A stretch of DNA of 64,000 bases, taken from an uncultured Actinomycetes bacterium (GTDB taxonomy: Bacteria; Actinomycetota; Thermoleophilia; Gaiellales; Gaiellaceae). Location: the NCBI GenBank assembly GCA_963846825.1, contig CAWJXN010000006.1, forward strand, positions 5,642 through 69,641. Reading direction: 5' to 3'. Both the position numbers and the translations under genes were made by a program. Positions 1 to 10,053 of the stretch are shown one piece after another. The notes beneath the pieces were generated by a model that was not told the DNA's origin, ran no database searches, and saw nothing but the letters and a program-made list of their open reading frames with translations. How positions within the stretch are numbered: the stretch's first letter is position 1; every line of letters starts with the position of its first letter.

Positions 1-1
1 G

Positions 2-873
2 CGAGAAGCCGCGGGGCTCGGCGGGCTGGCGCTGGCGGTCCCGGCTGGTGCGTTCGAGATGCCGGAGCTGCCGCGGTTCGGCCCCGCCGAGACCGGGCTC
101 GATGCGTCGCGTCGCCGACGGCTCGCGGCCCAGACGGCGCGGCGACGCCGGCTTGCGACACGGACCGTCCCCGCCGTGGCGCTCGTCCTCGGATCGGCCA
201 CGATGCTCCCGATCGGCGCGCTCCGCCACCGGGGTGGCGGGCAGGAGGTGCCGCTGGCCGAGGACCCGCCGAGCCTCACGTTCCGGCTCGACGAGTTCCA
301 GTTCCGGCTCCCGGAGAAGACGCCGGTCGCGGCGACGCCGGAGCCGGCACGGGTCGCGTGGCGCCGCGCGACGTCCGTCGGCCTCCAGTACGCCGGCCGC
401 CTCGTCGACGGCACGCAGCTTCCGGTCGAGGGGCCCGACTGGGTCGACGTGGAACCCGAGCACGGACTCGACCCCGAACCTTCCCGGCAGGCTCTACGGT
501 CACGAGCGCACGATCCGGGCGATCGTCAACGTCCTTGCCGGATATCGGGCTGCGCACCCCGCCGCGCCACGGGTCGTCGTCGGCGACATCAGCTTCCGAA
601 ACGGCGGGACCATGGACCAGCATGCGTCGCACCAGAACGGGCTGGACGTGGACGTCTACTACCCACGTCTCGACCGGCGTCTCGGCGCGCCGATCTCGGC
701 GCGCCAGATCGACCGGCGGCTGTCGCAGGACCTCCTCGAACGCTTCCTCGCCGCGGGCGCACGAGATCGTGTTCGTCGGCTTCTCGACCGGGCTCCACGG
801 CCCGCACGACGTCGTCGTCCCGTATCCGAGTCACGAGAACCACATGCACGTCCGCTTTCGCGCGCCGGGCTGA
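2..873 (+). CDS. Penicillin-insensitive murein endopeptidase (MepA-like, LAS Zn-peptidase); 5' end possibly outside window; 2 frameshifts
   Basis: Joined frames give a hydrophobic N-terminal segment, then [33 protein letters not shown] and HENHMHVRF: the H-x6-D and HxH zinc ligands of MepA/LAS peptidases. Confidence 0.75.
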   Translation, partial: RSRGARRAGAGGPGWCVRDAGAAAVRPRRDRARCVASPTARGPDGAATPACDTDRPRRGARPRIGHDAPDRRAPPPGWRAGGAAGRGPAEPHVPARRVPVPAPGEDAGRGDAGAGTGRVAPRDVRRPPVRRPPRRRHAASGRGARLGRRGTRARTRPRTFPAGSTVTSARSGRSSTSLPDIGLRTPPRHGSSSATSASETAGPWTSMRRTRTGWTWTSTTHVSTGVSARRSRRARSTGGCRRTSSNASSPRAHEIVFVGFSTGLHGPHDVVVPYPSHENHMHVRFRAPG

Positions 874-885
874 GCCGGCGACGCG

Positions 886-2047
886 TCAGTCGCCTGCGGT
901 CGCGTACGCGACGCCCTCCGTCGCAGAGCTCCTCGATCTCCTCCGCTGCAAAGCCCCAGTCCGCGAGCGCCGTGCGCGTGTCCGCACCCGCGCGCGACGC
1001 AGGGCCGGGCACCGCTGCCGGCGTCCGGTCGAACCGCGGCGCCGGCATCGGCACCTGGCCGGCGTCGGTCTCGTAGAACGCCTGCCGCGCCCGGCCGTGC
1101 GGGTGCGAGCGCGCCTCGTCGAGGTCGAGGACGGGCGCGACGCATGCGTCCGAGCCGGTGAACGCCGCCTCCCACTCGGCGCGGGTCCGGCTCGCGAACG
1201 ACTCCGTCAGCGCCGCCCGGATGTCCGGCCAGCGAGCCGGATCCGTGTGGTCGACGGAGCTCCGGGCGGTCGAGCTCGAGCACCCGCAGGAGCTCGGCGT
1301 AGAACGCCGGCTCGAGGCATCCGACCGCCATCGTGCCGCCGTCCGATGTGGCGTAGACGTCGTAGAACGGCGCGCCGCCGTCGAGCAGGTTCGTCCCGCG
1401 CTCGAGCGTCCACAGGCCGAGGTTCCGTGCCTCGTAGACCATCGTCAGCAGGAGCGCCGACCCGTCGACCATCGCCGCGTCCACGACCTGCCCGCGGCCC
1501 GACGACCGCGCCTCGAGCACCGCGCTGACGATCCCGAACGCGAGCAGCATGCCGCCGCCGCCGAAGTCGCCGACGAGGTTGAGCGGCGGGACGGGCGACT
1601 CGCCGCGACGCCCGATCGCCCCGAGAGCGCCGGAGACCGCGATGTAGTCGATGTCGTGCCCCGCCTGCGGCGCGAGGGGGCCGTCCTGGCCCCAGCCCGT
1701 CATCCGGCCGTAGACGAGCCGCGGCGTTCCGCGGCCAGGCAGGCGTCCGGGCCGAGTCCGAGGCGCTCCATGACGCCGGGCCGGAAGCCCTCGATCAGCG
1801 CATCCGCGTGTTCCACGAGCCGCAGCACGACTCGACGCCGCCCGGTGCTTCAGGTCGAGGGCGACGGATCGCCGCCCACGGCCGAGGACCTCGCTCAGGG
1901 GTTCGCATCCCCGCCGCGCGGCGGACGGTCGATCCGGATCACGTCGGCGCCGAGGTCGGCGAGCAGCATCGCCCCGAACGGCGCCGCACCGATGCCCGCG
2001 AGCTCGACGACCCGGAGGTCGGCGAGCGGTCCCTGACGCCCCGCCAT
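886..2047 (-). CDS. CaiB/BaiF family CoA-transferase (alpha-methylacyl-CoA racemase-like); frameshifted
   Basis: [37 protein letters not shown]-terminus, then [50 protein letters not shown] and PAPRFDRTP. Confidence 0.9.
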
Positions 2048-2101
2048 CGCACGATTCTCTCAGCGCCGTCGCGCGACCGTCGTGCTGCGGGTCGTGCGCC
2101 G

Positions 2102-2506
2102 CTAGTCGGGATCCGGGATCACGACGAAGCGGAGCGGCACGCCGTCGATGCTGCGGGCGGCGCCGTTTCCGGGATCGAGCCGCTCCGCCAGCGCCTCACG
2201 GTCGCCTGGCCGGATCGCGACGACGACCTCGTCGGCCGGGAACGATGCGAGGGCGTCGCGGATCGCGAGCGCGACGTTCGCCTCGCCGGCGGCCGCGTCG
2301 ACGTCGTCAGCGGGCAGCTCGTCCGCAGTCTCCTCGGCGACCTCCGCGGCGTGCGCGAAGGCGCGCTCGTCGTTCGCGAGCCAGTCGAGCAGCCCTTGCT
2401 TCACGACGGGAACCACGACCTTGGCCCGGTCGGCGTCGCCGACCGCCGCGCGCAGGGTTGCCTCCTCGTGCTCGACGGTGCTGACGACGAGGACGTTCCT
2501 GCCCAT
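2102..2506 (-). CDS. Hypothetical protein, possibly universal-stress-protein-like fold
   Basis: Clean ORF from ATG 2506 ([13 protein letters not shown]...[16 protein letters not shown]...VPLRFVVI) with typical codon bias; family assignment is inference. Confidence 0.6.
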   Translation of the reverse strand: MGRNVLVVSTVEHEEATLRAAVGDADRAKVVVPVVKQGLLDWLANDERAFAHAAEVAEETADELPADDVDAAAGEANVALAIRDALASFPADEVVVAIRPGDREALAERLDPGNGAARSIDGVPLRFVVIPDPD

Positions 2507-2507
2507 C

Positions 2508-2600
2508 TCAGCGCAGCCGCGCACGGAGCCCGAGCCTGCGGCGAACGAGCCGCGTCACGAGCCAGCCGAGGAGCGCGTAGCGGAGCCGAAAGGCGTTCAC
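2508..2600 (-). CDS. Putative 30-aa small basic/hydrophobic protein (not in ORF track)
   Basis: AGGAAGG Shine-Dalgarno then GTG; MNAFRLRYALLGWLVTRLVRRRLGLRARLR*; stop is 1 nt before the next ATG (TGAGATG). Confidence 0.5.
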   Translation of the reverse strand: MNAFRLRYALLGWLVTRLVRRRLGLRARLR

Positions 2601-2644
2601 GTCGCCTTCCTACCCGCCGCGAACAGCGGGAAAACCGGCGGCGC

Positions 2645-2671
2645 TTGACCGGCGAGGCACCGCTATATGAT
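2645..2671 (+). promoter_or_regulatory. Putative sigma70-type promoter for a leaderless mRNA
   Basis: TTGACC (2645) and TATGAT (2666-2671), 6 nt before GTG 2678. The 15-nt spacer is short. Confidence 0.45.
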
Positions 2672-2677
2672 CGCCGG

Positions 2678-3169
2678 GTGCCGTCGATCGCCGACGACCT
2701 CGCGCGCGTCACCCTGTTCAGCGGCCTCAGCGGCCGCCAGCTCAGGAAGCTTGCGCAGCACGTCAAGGAGCGAGAGTTCCGCCCCGGTGTCACGATCGTC
2801 GAGGAGGGAACGATGAGCGGCGTCGGCTTCTTCATCCTCGCCGACGGCGAGGCGGCGGTCAGCGTCGACGGTGTTGAGGTCACGCGGCTCGGCCCGGGAG
2901 ACCACTTCGGCGAGCTCGCCCTGCTCAGCGAGGACGTCCGCACGGCAAGCGTGACCGCGGTGACGCGGGTGCGCTGCCTCGTGATCGCGTTCTGGGACTT
3001 CCGTCGGTTCGCGAAGGAGAACCCGGACGTGTCCTGGAAGCTGCTGCAGCACCTCGCGATGTTGCTCACGGGCGAGCGCGACCGTCGCGGCGCGTGCGTC
3101 GGCCCTGACGGGCTGACGACCCACGACTGCGCCGCTCGCCGAGAGCGGCATGCTTCACTCCTCTCGTGA
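2678..3169 (+). CDS. Stand-alone cyclic-nucleotide-binding (cNMP) domain protein
   Basis: LFSGLS, LGPGDHFGELALL and RTASVTA phosphate-binding cassette; no HTH follows. Confidence 0.85.
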   Translation: MPSIADDLARVTLFSGLSGRQLRKLAQHVKEREFRPGVTIVEEGTMSGVGFFILADGEAAVSVDGVEVTRLGPGDHFGELALLSEDVRTASVTAVTRVRCLVIAFWDFRRFAKENPDVSWKLLQHLAMLLTGERDRRGACVGPDGLTTHDCAARRERHASLLS

Positions 3170-4111
3170 CGGGCACGGAGGGGCTCGAGCGCCGCCGGGC
3201 CCGTCAGGGGCAGCTCGCGATCCTCGTCGCCGCCGTCGCGTGGTCGACCGCGGGGCTCGCGCAGCGCGAGCTCGACGCGAGCCCGGCGACCCAGGTCGCG
3301 GGCCGCGCGACCTTCGCCGCGATCGCGCTGCTTCGTGCTCGTCGTCGTCATGGAGCGGCGCGGCACGGTCGCGGCGTTCCGGTCGATGGGACGGTCGGGC
3401 GTTGCGATGGCCGTCTTCCTCGCGATCTCGTCCGGCACCTTCCTCCTGGCCCTGAACCACACGACGGTCGCGAACGTCCTCTTCATGCAGGCGGCCGCCC
3501 CGATGATGGCGGCGCTGCTCGGCTGGGCACTGCTCTCCGAGCGCATCGACGGCAGGACGTGGGCGGCGCTCGGGCTCGCGGGCGCCGGTGTCGTGCTGAT
3601 GGCGGCCGGCTCGTTCGACGCGGGCGCGGCGGCGGTCGGGCTTCCCTTCCTGATGACCGCCTCGTTCGCCGCCGTGATCGTCATCGCCCGCCACCGGCAA
3701 GACGTGTCGATGATGCCCGCGACATGCGCCTCGCAGGTGCTCGTCCTGGTTGCGTTCCTGCCGTTCGTCGCGCCCGGCTCCGCGAGCGACAGCGACTGGG
3801 CGATCCTCGCCGTGCTCGGCGTGGGGCAGATGGGGCTCGGCCTCGCGCTCCTGACGATCGGCGCCCGGCTGATCCCGCCCGCGCAGGTCGCGGTGATCTC
3901 GCTGCTCGAGGTGGTGCTCGGGCCGCTCTGGGTCTGGCTCGCCTACGAGGAGCGTCCGTCTCTCGCGACGTTCCTCGGCGGGCTCGTCGTCGTCGCGGCG
4001 GTCGTCGTGCAGGCATGGGGTCTGACCCCGAAGGGGTCTGACCCCCGCGACGCGCGGGGTCGTCACGAGGGACAGGCCTCCGCGGGGCCAGTCCCCGAGG
4101 CCCACGTCTAG
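3166..4111 (+). CDS. EamA/DMT family transporter; one frameshift; C-terminus contains a REP-like repeat
   Basis: About 10 hydrophobic segments; WSTAG, ALNHTTVANV, LLSERID and SLLEVVLGPLWVWLAYEERP. Confidence 0.85.
4017..4096. repeat. Composite REP/BIME-like palindromic repeat, copy 1
   Basis: GGGGTCTGACCCC-GAA-GGGGTCTGACCCC followed by a GGGACAGGCC...GGCCAGTCCC hairpin. 4017-4050 is the exact reverse complement of 34809-34842. Confidence 0.85.
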
Positions 4112-5488
4112 CCTCGCGCCAGCACCTTCCCCGGATTCATGATCCCGTGCGGGTCGAAGAGCTCCTTGATGCCGCGCATCAGGGGCACGAGATCACCGTG
4201 CTCACGCTCGAGCGCCTGCACCTTGCCGAGCCCGATCCCGTGCTCGCCGGTGCAGGTGCCTCCGCGGGCGAGGGCGTCCGTCACGAGCAGCTCGACCAGC
4301 TCGTCGGACGAGCGGACCTCGTCGGGGTCGTCCGGGTCGACCATCAGCGAGAGGTGGACGTTGCCGTCGCCCGCGTGTCCCACGAGGCCGGCGACGAGGC
4401 CGCGTCGTTCGAGCTCCTGCCGCGCGAACGAGACGGCGCCGGCCAGCTCGGAGAGCGGGACGCAGATGTCGGTCGAGCGATGGCGCCGGCCAGGCGCGGC
4501 GGCCGCCGTCGCGTACGCCGATGCGTGGCGGGCCGCCCAGAGCCGCGTCCGCGCCGTGGGGTCGCGCTCGGCGACGACGGCGAGCGACCCCTCGGACTCG
4601 GCGATCTGGGTGACGAGCTCGAGGTCCGACGTCACCGTGCCCTCGCTGCCCGCCGCCTCGACGAACAGCGACGCACCGACGGGGAGATCGATCCCGTGGT
4701 GCGCGTTGATCGCCGTGATCGTCCAGGCGTCGAGCAGCTCGACGCGCGTCGACCCCGGCGCCCGCGGCGACGATCGCCGTGGCCGCCCGGCAGGCCGCCT
4801 CGACATCGGGGAACGAGAGCCGCAGGACGACCACCTGCTCGGGGATCCCGTGGAGGCGGACCGTCAGCTCGGTGATCACGCCGAGCGTCCCCTCCGAGCC
4901 GATCAGCAGGCCGAGGAGGTCGTAGCCGGCGGACGTCTTCGGCGCCCGGCTGCCGGCCCGCACGACGCGGCCGCCCGGGAGCACGGCCTCGAGGGCGAGC
5001 ACGTTCGCCCGCATCTTCCCGTAGCGCACGGTGGTCGTCCCCGCCGCGTTCGTGGCTGCCATCCCGCCGAGCGTCGCGTCCGCGCCGGGATCGATGGGGA
5101 ACATCAGGCCGTGCTCGGCCGACGCGCGCTCGAGCGCGGTCCGCGTCACGCCCGCCTGCACGGTCGCCGTGAGATCGTCGGGCGAGATCTCGAGCACGCG
5201 GTCCATCCGGGTGAGGTCGAGGGAGATGCCGCCCGCGATCGGGATGACGTGGCCCTCGAGGCTCGAGCCGGCGCCGAACGGCGTCACCGGCACGCGGCGC
5301 TCGTGGGCGAGGGCGAGGACGGCCGCAACTTCCTCCGTGGTCTGCGCGTAGACGACGACGTCGGGCCGATGCGGGCGGTGGAAGGTCATGTCGCTCGCGT
5401 GGAGGTCGCGCTCGGAGTCGCCGTCCGACACCCGCCGCTCGTCGCCGAGCGCGTCGACGAGCGCGGCGCGGAGGTCTCCCGCGCTCAC
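4108..5488 (-). CDS. FAD-linked oxidase (GlcD/D-lactate dehydrogenase family); one frameshift
   Basis: PFGAGSSLEGH, DPGADATLGGMAATNAAG, GSEGTLGVITE, GHAGDGNVH, TGEHGIGLGK and FDPHGIMNPGK. Confidence 0.92.
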
Positions 5489-6171
5489 GCCGGCTCGCTC
5501 TCGGACGGAAGCAGCGGCCCGACGCGGTCGACCGCCCAGCGGATGCTGTCCTGGACGGCGCGCTCGGCCGCGGCCGGGTCGCGGGACTCGCACGCCCGCA
5601 GGAATGCGGCGTAGCGCGCGACGGACTCGCGAAAGCGGTCGGCCGTGGAGAGGACGAGGCGGTTGTACCGCTCCGAGCGCACGAAGAGGCGCTCGACCTC
5701 GTCGACGAGCCGACGCCGGCCGCTGGCCCGGTAGCAGGTCGCGTAGAGCTCCCAGCGCTTCGCGAGGTACGCATCGACGTCCTGCTCGCGTGCGAGCCGG
5801 CGGAGCCCGGTGAGGAGTCGCCGCATCGCCTTGATGTCGTCGTCGGTCAGCGCGACGGCGCCGACGCGCGCCGCGAGGCCCTCGAGCCCGGCGCGCGCGG
5901 CGTAGATCTCCTCGAAGTCCTCGCGGCTCAAGCGCGTGACGGCCGCTCTCCCCGTCGGCCCGACCTCGACGAGGCCCTCGCGCTCGAGGTGCGTGAGCGA
6001 GATCCGGACCGGCGTCGGAGACACGCCGAGGCGCTGCGCGAGCTCGCGGTGGACGAGCGGCGTCCCGCCGGGAAGCCGGCCGGAGACGATCAGCTCCCGG
6101 AGCGTCTGCGCGACGCGATCCTCGACCGACTCGCGCTCCTCGAGGAGCGGGATGACGCCCATCTCTTCCAT
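5485..6171 (-). CDS. GntR family transcriptional regulator (FCD domain) #1
   Basis: LRELIVSGRLPGG...ELAQRLGVSPTPVR...LEREGLV wHTH plus EIYAARAGLEG FCD; divergent from the hydantoinase operon. Confidence 0.92.
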   Translation of the reverse strand: MEEMGVIPLLEERESVEDRVAQTLRELIVSGRLPGGTPLVHRELAQRLGVSPTPVRISLTHLEREGLVEVGPTGRAAVTRLSREDFEEIYAARAGLEGLAARVGAVALTDDDIKAMRRLLTGLRRLAREQDVDAYLAKRWELYATCYRASGRRRLVDEVERLFVRSERYNRLVLSTADRFRESVARYAAFLRACESRDPAAAERAVQDSIRWAVDRVGPLLPSESEPA

Positions 6172-6204
6172 CGCGGGTCAGTTTGGTCTAAGGTCCGGCA
6201 GGAC

Positions 6205-6226
6205 GCAATATGAAATTTCAAATTGC
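6205..6226. promoter_or_regulatory. Palindromic operator candidate for GntR #1
   Basis: GCAATATGAAATTTCAAATTGC is a 22-bp AT-rich palindrome with one mismatched pair, between the divergent gntR and hyuA starts. Confidence 0.7.
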
Positions 6227-6238
6227 GGAGAGTTGGAC

Positions 6239-8311
6239 GTGAGCGCCACCAGGGTCGGCGTCGACGTGGGCGGCACGTTCACGGACGTGATCCTCCACGG
6301 AGCCGACGGGCGCGCGACGGTCCGCAAGCTGCTCTCCACACCACCGGCGTACGACATCGCGGTCGTCGAGGCAGTGGGCGAGCTCGCGTCGCTCACGAGC
6401 GCGGCGCCGTCGGAGATCGTGCACGGCACGACCGTTGCGACGAACGCCGTGCTGGAGCGCCTCGGCAGCCCGACGGCGCTCGTCACCACGAAGGGCTTTC
6501 GGGACGTGCTCGAGCTCCGTCGCCTGCGGGTGCCGCACATGTACGACCTCTTCTGGCGCAAGCCCGAGCCGATCGTCGAGCGCCGGCTGCGGTTCGAGAT
6601 CGACGAGCGCGTGACGGCCGAGGGGACCGTGCTCCGCCCGCTCGACGAGGCGGAGGCGCGCGCCCTCGCGGCGCGCTTGCGCGAGACGGGCGTGGAGTCG
6701 GTCGCCGTCTGCCTCCTGCACTCCTACGTGCATCCCGAGCACGAGCGCATCCTCGGGCGGATCCTCGCGGAGGGGCTGCCGGGGGTGACGATCTCGCTGT
6801 CGAGCGAGATCCTCCGGGAGCAGCGCGAGTACGAGCGGACGGCGACGACTGTCGTCAACGCGTACGTGCGGCCGCTGATGTCCTCGTACATCGACCGGAT
6901 CCGCTCCGGTCTCGACGAGCTCGGGCTCGAGGCGCCCCTCTCGATCATGCAGAGCTCGGGCGGGGTCATGACCTCCGACGACGCGCGGGCGCGCCCCGTC
7001 TTCGCGCTCGAGTCGGGACCCGCCGCGGGAGTGGTGGCGGCGCTCGGCATCGTCCGGCGGCTCGGGATCGGGGACGCGATCGCGTTCGACATGGGTGGGA
7101 CGACCGCGAAGGCGTCGCTCATCGAGGACGGGGCCATCGCGCGCGGGAGGGAGTACGAGGCGGGCGGGTCGCTCTCGGCCGGCAGCCGGCTGATCCGCGG
7201 CTCGGGCGAGCTCCTCCGGATCCCGACGATCGACATCGCCGAGGTCGGCGCGGGCGGCGGCAGCCTCGCCTGGCTCGACGCGGGCGGAGGGCTGCAGGTC
7301 GGCCCGCGGAGCGCCGGAGCCGATCCGGGACCGGCGTGCTACGGCCGCGGCGGCGTCGAGCCGACCGTGACCGACGCGAACGTCGTGCTGGGCCTGCTGC
7401 CCGAGGGCGCGGTCGCCGACGGCCAGATCACGCTGTCGCGCGGGCTCGCGACAGAGGCGCTCGTGCGTGTCGCCGCGCCGCTCGAGCTCGACCTCCTCGA
7501 TGCCGCCGCGGGCGTCCACCGGATCGCGAACGCGCGGATGACACGCGCCCTCCGCTCGGTGTCCTCCGAGAAGGGCCGCGACCCGCGCGACTTCGCGATC
7601 GTCGCGTACGGCGGCTCGGGCCCGGTCCATGCCGCGGGTCTGGCGGACGACCTCGGCGTCCGCACCGTCATCGTGCCGGCCGTCGCCGGGCTGTTCAGCG
7701 CCGTCGGCCTCCTGTTTGCGCGACCCGAGTTCCACGACGTCCGCACGTGCCACCTCGACGTCGACACCGTCGAGCCCGCGCACGTCGCCGGTCTCCTTGC
7801 GGAGATGCGGCGCGACCTCGAGGCGGCGTTCCCCGGCGAGCCGGCCGAGTGGGCCGCGACTGCGGAGCTCCGCTACGGCGGGCAGAGCTGGGAGGTCGAG
7901 GTCGGCCTGCCCGAGGCTGCTTGTGACGATAAGTCACAAGCAGCGATCGACCTCGGGGCGCTGCGAGCGCGGTTCGAGGACGAGCACGAGCGGCTCTACG
8001 GCGTCCGAGGGCAACCGGGGTCGCCGGTCGAGATCCGGGCGGTGCGGCTCGCCGCGCTCGGGGTCGCGCCCGACGGCGCCCTGTCGATCTCCGCGGAGGA
8101 GCAGGGCGACCGGCCGTCCGGCACGCGCACCGTGTACGTCGACGGCGAGCTCGTCGAGGCGCCGGTCCGTACGCGGGCGTCGATCTCCGTCGCCGCCGAG
8201 TCGGGGCCGCTGCTGGTCGACGAGTACGACACCACCGTCGTCGTCCCGCCCGGCTGGTCGGTGCGCCGGGAGGAGGCGACCGCGAGCCTGATCCTGGAGC
8301 GAGCGGGATGA
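6239..8311 (+). CDS. Hydantoinase/oxoprolinase A subunit (ATP-binding) #1
   Basis: GVDVGGTFTD, HGTTVATNA, MQSSGG, ESGPAAG, FDMGGTT, GAGGGS, GPRSAGADPGPACY and PTVTDAN. Confidence 0.95.
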   Translation: MSATRVGVDVGGTFTDVILHGADGRATVRKLLSTPPAYDIAVVEAVGELASLTSAAPSEIVHGTTVATNAVLERLGSPTALVTTKGFRDVLELRRLRVPHMYDLFWRKPEPIVERRLRFEIDERVTAEGTVLRPLDEAEARALAARLRETGVESVAVCLLHSYVHPEHERILGRILAEGLPGVTISLSSEILREQREYERTATTVVNAYVRPLMSSYIDRIRSGLDELGLEAPLSIMQSSGGVMTSDDARARPVFALESGPAAGVVAALGIVRRLGIGDAIAFDMGGTTAKASLIEDGAIARGREYEAGGSLSAGSRLIRGSGELLRIPTIDIAEVGAGGGSLAWLDAGGGLQVGPRSAGADPGPACYGRGGVEPTVTDANVVLGLLPEGAVADGQITLSRGLATEALVRVAAPLELDLLDAAAGVHRIANARMTRALRSVSSEKGRDPRDFAIVAYGGSGPVHAAGLADDLGVRTVIVPAVAGLFSAVGLLFARPEFHDVRTCHLDVDTVEPAHVAGLLAEMRRDLEAAFPGEPAEWAATAELRYGGQSWEVEVGLPEAACDDKSQAAIDLGALRARFEDEHERLYGVRGQPGSPVEIRAVRLAALGVAPDGALSISAEEQGDRPSGTRTVYVDGELVEAPVRTRASISVAAESGPLLVDEYDTTVVVPPGWSVRREEATASLILERAG
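7916..7944. repeat. Intragenic palindrome, copy 1 (inside hyuA #1)
   Basis: GCTGCTTGTGAC-GATAA-GTCACAAGCAGC, a perfect 12-bp stem; read in frame as AACDDKSQAA. Confidence 0.75.
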
Positions 8312-10053
8312 GCACGACCGCCGAGCGACGCGTCGACCCCGTCACGCTCCAGATCGTCGCGAACGCGCTTGCCTCGATCGCGGACGAGATGGCGACGACG
8401 ATCTTTCGCACCGCGCACTCGACGGTCGTCCGCGACGGGATGGACTTCTCCGCCGCGATCCTCGACCCGCGTGGCGAGACCGTCGCCCAGGCCGTCACCG
8501 TCCCGTTCCACCTCGGCTCGCTGCCCGCGGCGATCGAGCGGCTTCTCGAGCACTACGGGGACCGCATGGCGCCGGGAGACGTGTACCTCATGAACGACCC
8601 GTTCGACGGCGGCATCCACCTGCAGGACATGTTTCTCTTCAAGCCCGTCCACCACGAGGGCGAGCTGCTCGGGTTCACGACCACGACCGCGCACCACGGC
8701 GACGTCGGCGGCCGCCTGCCCGGCTCGAGCGCGTGCGACAACACCGAGATCTTCCAGGAAGGGATCCGGCTCCCCTGGCTCAAGCTCTACGCGGCCGGTG
8801 AGCCGGTCGAGGACGTCTTCAAGATCATCGAGGCGAACGTCCGCATCCCGCGGATGACCCTCGGCGACCTCGGGGCCCAGGTCGCGGCCTGCTCCGTCGC
8901 CGAGCGGGCGCTGCTCGGGCTCGCCGAGCGGCACGGCCGCGAGCGGCTCGGCGCGTTGATGACGGAGCTCGTCGACCACACCGAGCGGCTCGTCCGGCGC
9001 GAGATCGCCTCGTGGCCGGACGGGACGGCGACGTTCACCGACATCCTCGGGTCGGACGGGATCGACGTCGTCGACGTGCCCATCACGGCAACCGTGACGA
9101 TCGCCGGCGACGAGCTCACCGTCGACCTGACGGAGTCGGCGCCGATGGTGCGGGGCTCGCTCAACTCGACGCGGTCGTTCGTCGAGGCCTGCGTCTACCA
9201 GGCGGTGCGCTGCGCGCTCGAGGTCGACGTGCCGAACACCTCCGGCGCCTTCCGGCCCGTGAACGTCCTCACGAAGCCGGGGACGGTCTGCGAGGTGACG
9301 ATGCCCGGAGCGTCGTCGATGCGTGGCGTGACGGGGTTCCGGGTCCTCGACGCGGTGAACGGCGCGCTCGCCGAGCTGATCCCCCACCGCATCCCGGCGG
9401 CCGGAGAGGGTGGCAACACCCTCGCGATCTTCGGCGCCGAGCGGCCCGAGGGCGGCCGCTTCGTCTACTACGAGCTCGTCGTCGGCACCTGGGGCGCCAC
9501 GCCGGGCGCCGACGGGAACGACGGCGTCACCAACCCGGCCAGCCTCGCCGCGAACATCCCCGTGGAGGTTGCCGAGTCGGAGTACCCGATCGTCGTCGAG
9601 CGCTATGGCCTCGTGCCCGACTCGGGCGGCCCCGGACGGCACCGGGGCGGTCTCGCCATCGAGCGCGTCTGGCGGTGCGTGACGCCCGACACGTCGCTCG
9701 TCGTCCGGTCAGACCGCGCGAGCCGGCCACCCTACGGACTCGCAGGCGGGCTGCCGGGGGCGCCGTCTGCGAACATCCTCGTCCGGCCGGACGGGAGCGA
9801 GGAGCCGCTGCCGCCGATGTTCTCGACCACGATCCAGGCCGGTGACGTGTACGCGCACCGCATTGCGGGCGGCGGGGGCTTCGGCGACCCGCTCGAACGG
9901 GATCCGGGACTCGTGGCGCTCGATGTCGCGAACGAAAAGGTGTCGCGCGAGGCCGCGGCGGCGCAGTACGGCGTGGTCATGGGAGGCGATGACACCGTCG
10001 ACACGGACGCAACGAAGCGCCTGCGGGCGGAGAGGAGGAGCGAGGTCACGTGA
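8308..10053 (+). CDS. Hydantoinase/oxoprolinase B subunit #1
   Basis: DPVTLQIV, RTAHS, DFSAAI, NDPFDGGIHLQD, AHHGDVGG, EIFQEG, DSGGPGRHRGG and GGGGFGDP; ATGA overlap with hyuA. Confidence 0.95.
   Translation: MSTTAERRVDPVTLQIVANALASIADEMATTIFRTAHSTVVRDGMDFSAAILDPRGETVAQAVTVPFHLGSLPAAIERLLEHYGDRMAPGDVYLMNDPFDGGIHLQDMFLFKPVHHEGELLGFTTTTAHHGDVGGRLPGSSACDNTEIFQEGIRLPWLKLYAAGEPVEDVFKIIEANVRIPRMTLGDLGAQVAACSVAERALLGLAERHGRERLGALMTELVDHTERLVRREIASWPDGTATFTDILGSDGIDVVDVPITATVTIAGDELTVDLTESAPMVRGSLNSTRSFVEACVYQAVRCALEVDVPNTSGAFRPVNVLTKPGTVCEVTMPGASSMRGVTGFRVLDAVNGALAELIPHRIPAAGEGGNTLAIFGAERPEGGRFVYYELVVGTWGATPGADGNDGVTNPASLAANIPVEVAESEYPIVVERYGLVPDSGGPGRHRGGLAIERVWRCVTPDTSLVVRSDRASRPPYGLAGGLPGAPSANILVRPDGSEEPLPPMFSTTIQAGDVYAHRIAGGGGFGDPLERDPGLVALDVANEKVSREAAAAQYGVVMGGDDTVDTDATKRLRAERRSEVT

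Noticed and set aside
7921-7939. CRP/Rex site interpretation of TTGTGAC...GTCACAA
   Set aside because: Spacing is TGTGA-N7-TCACA rather than N6, and all copies are deep inside CDSs.
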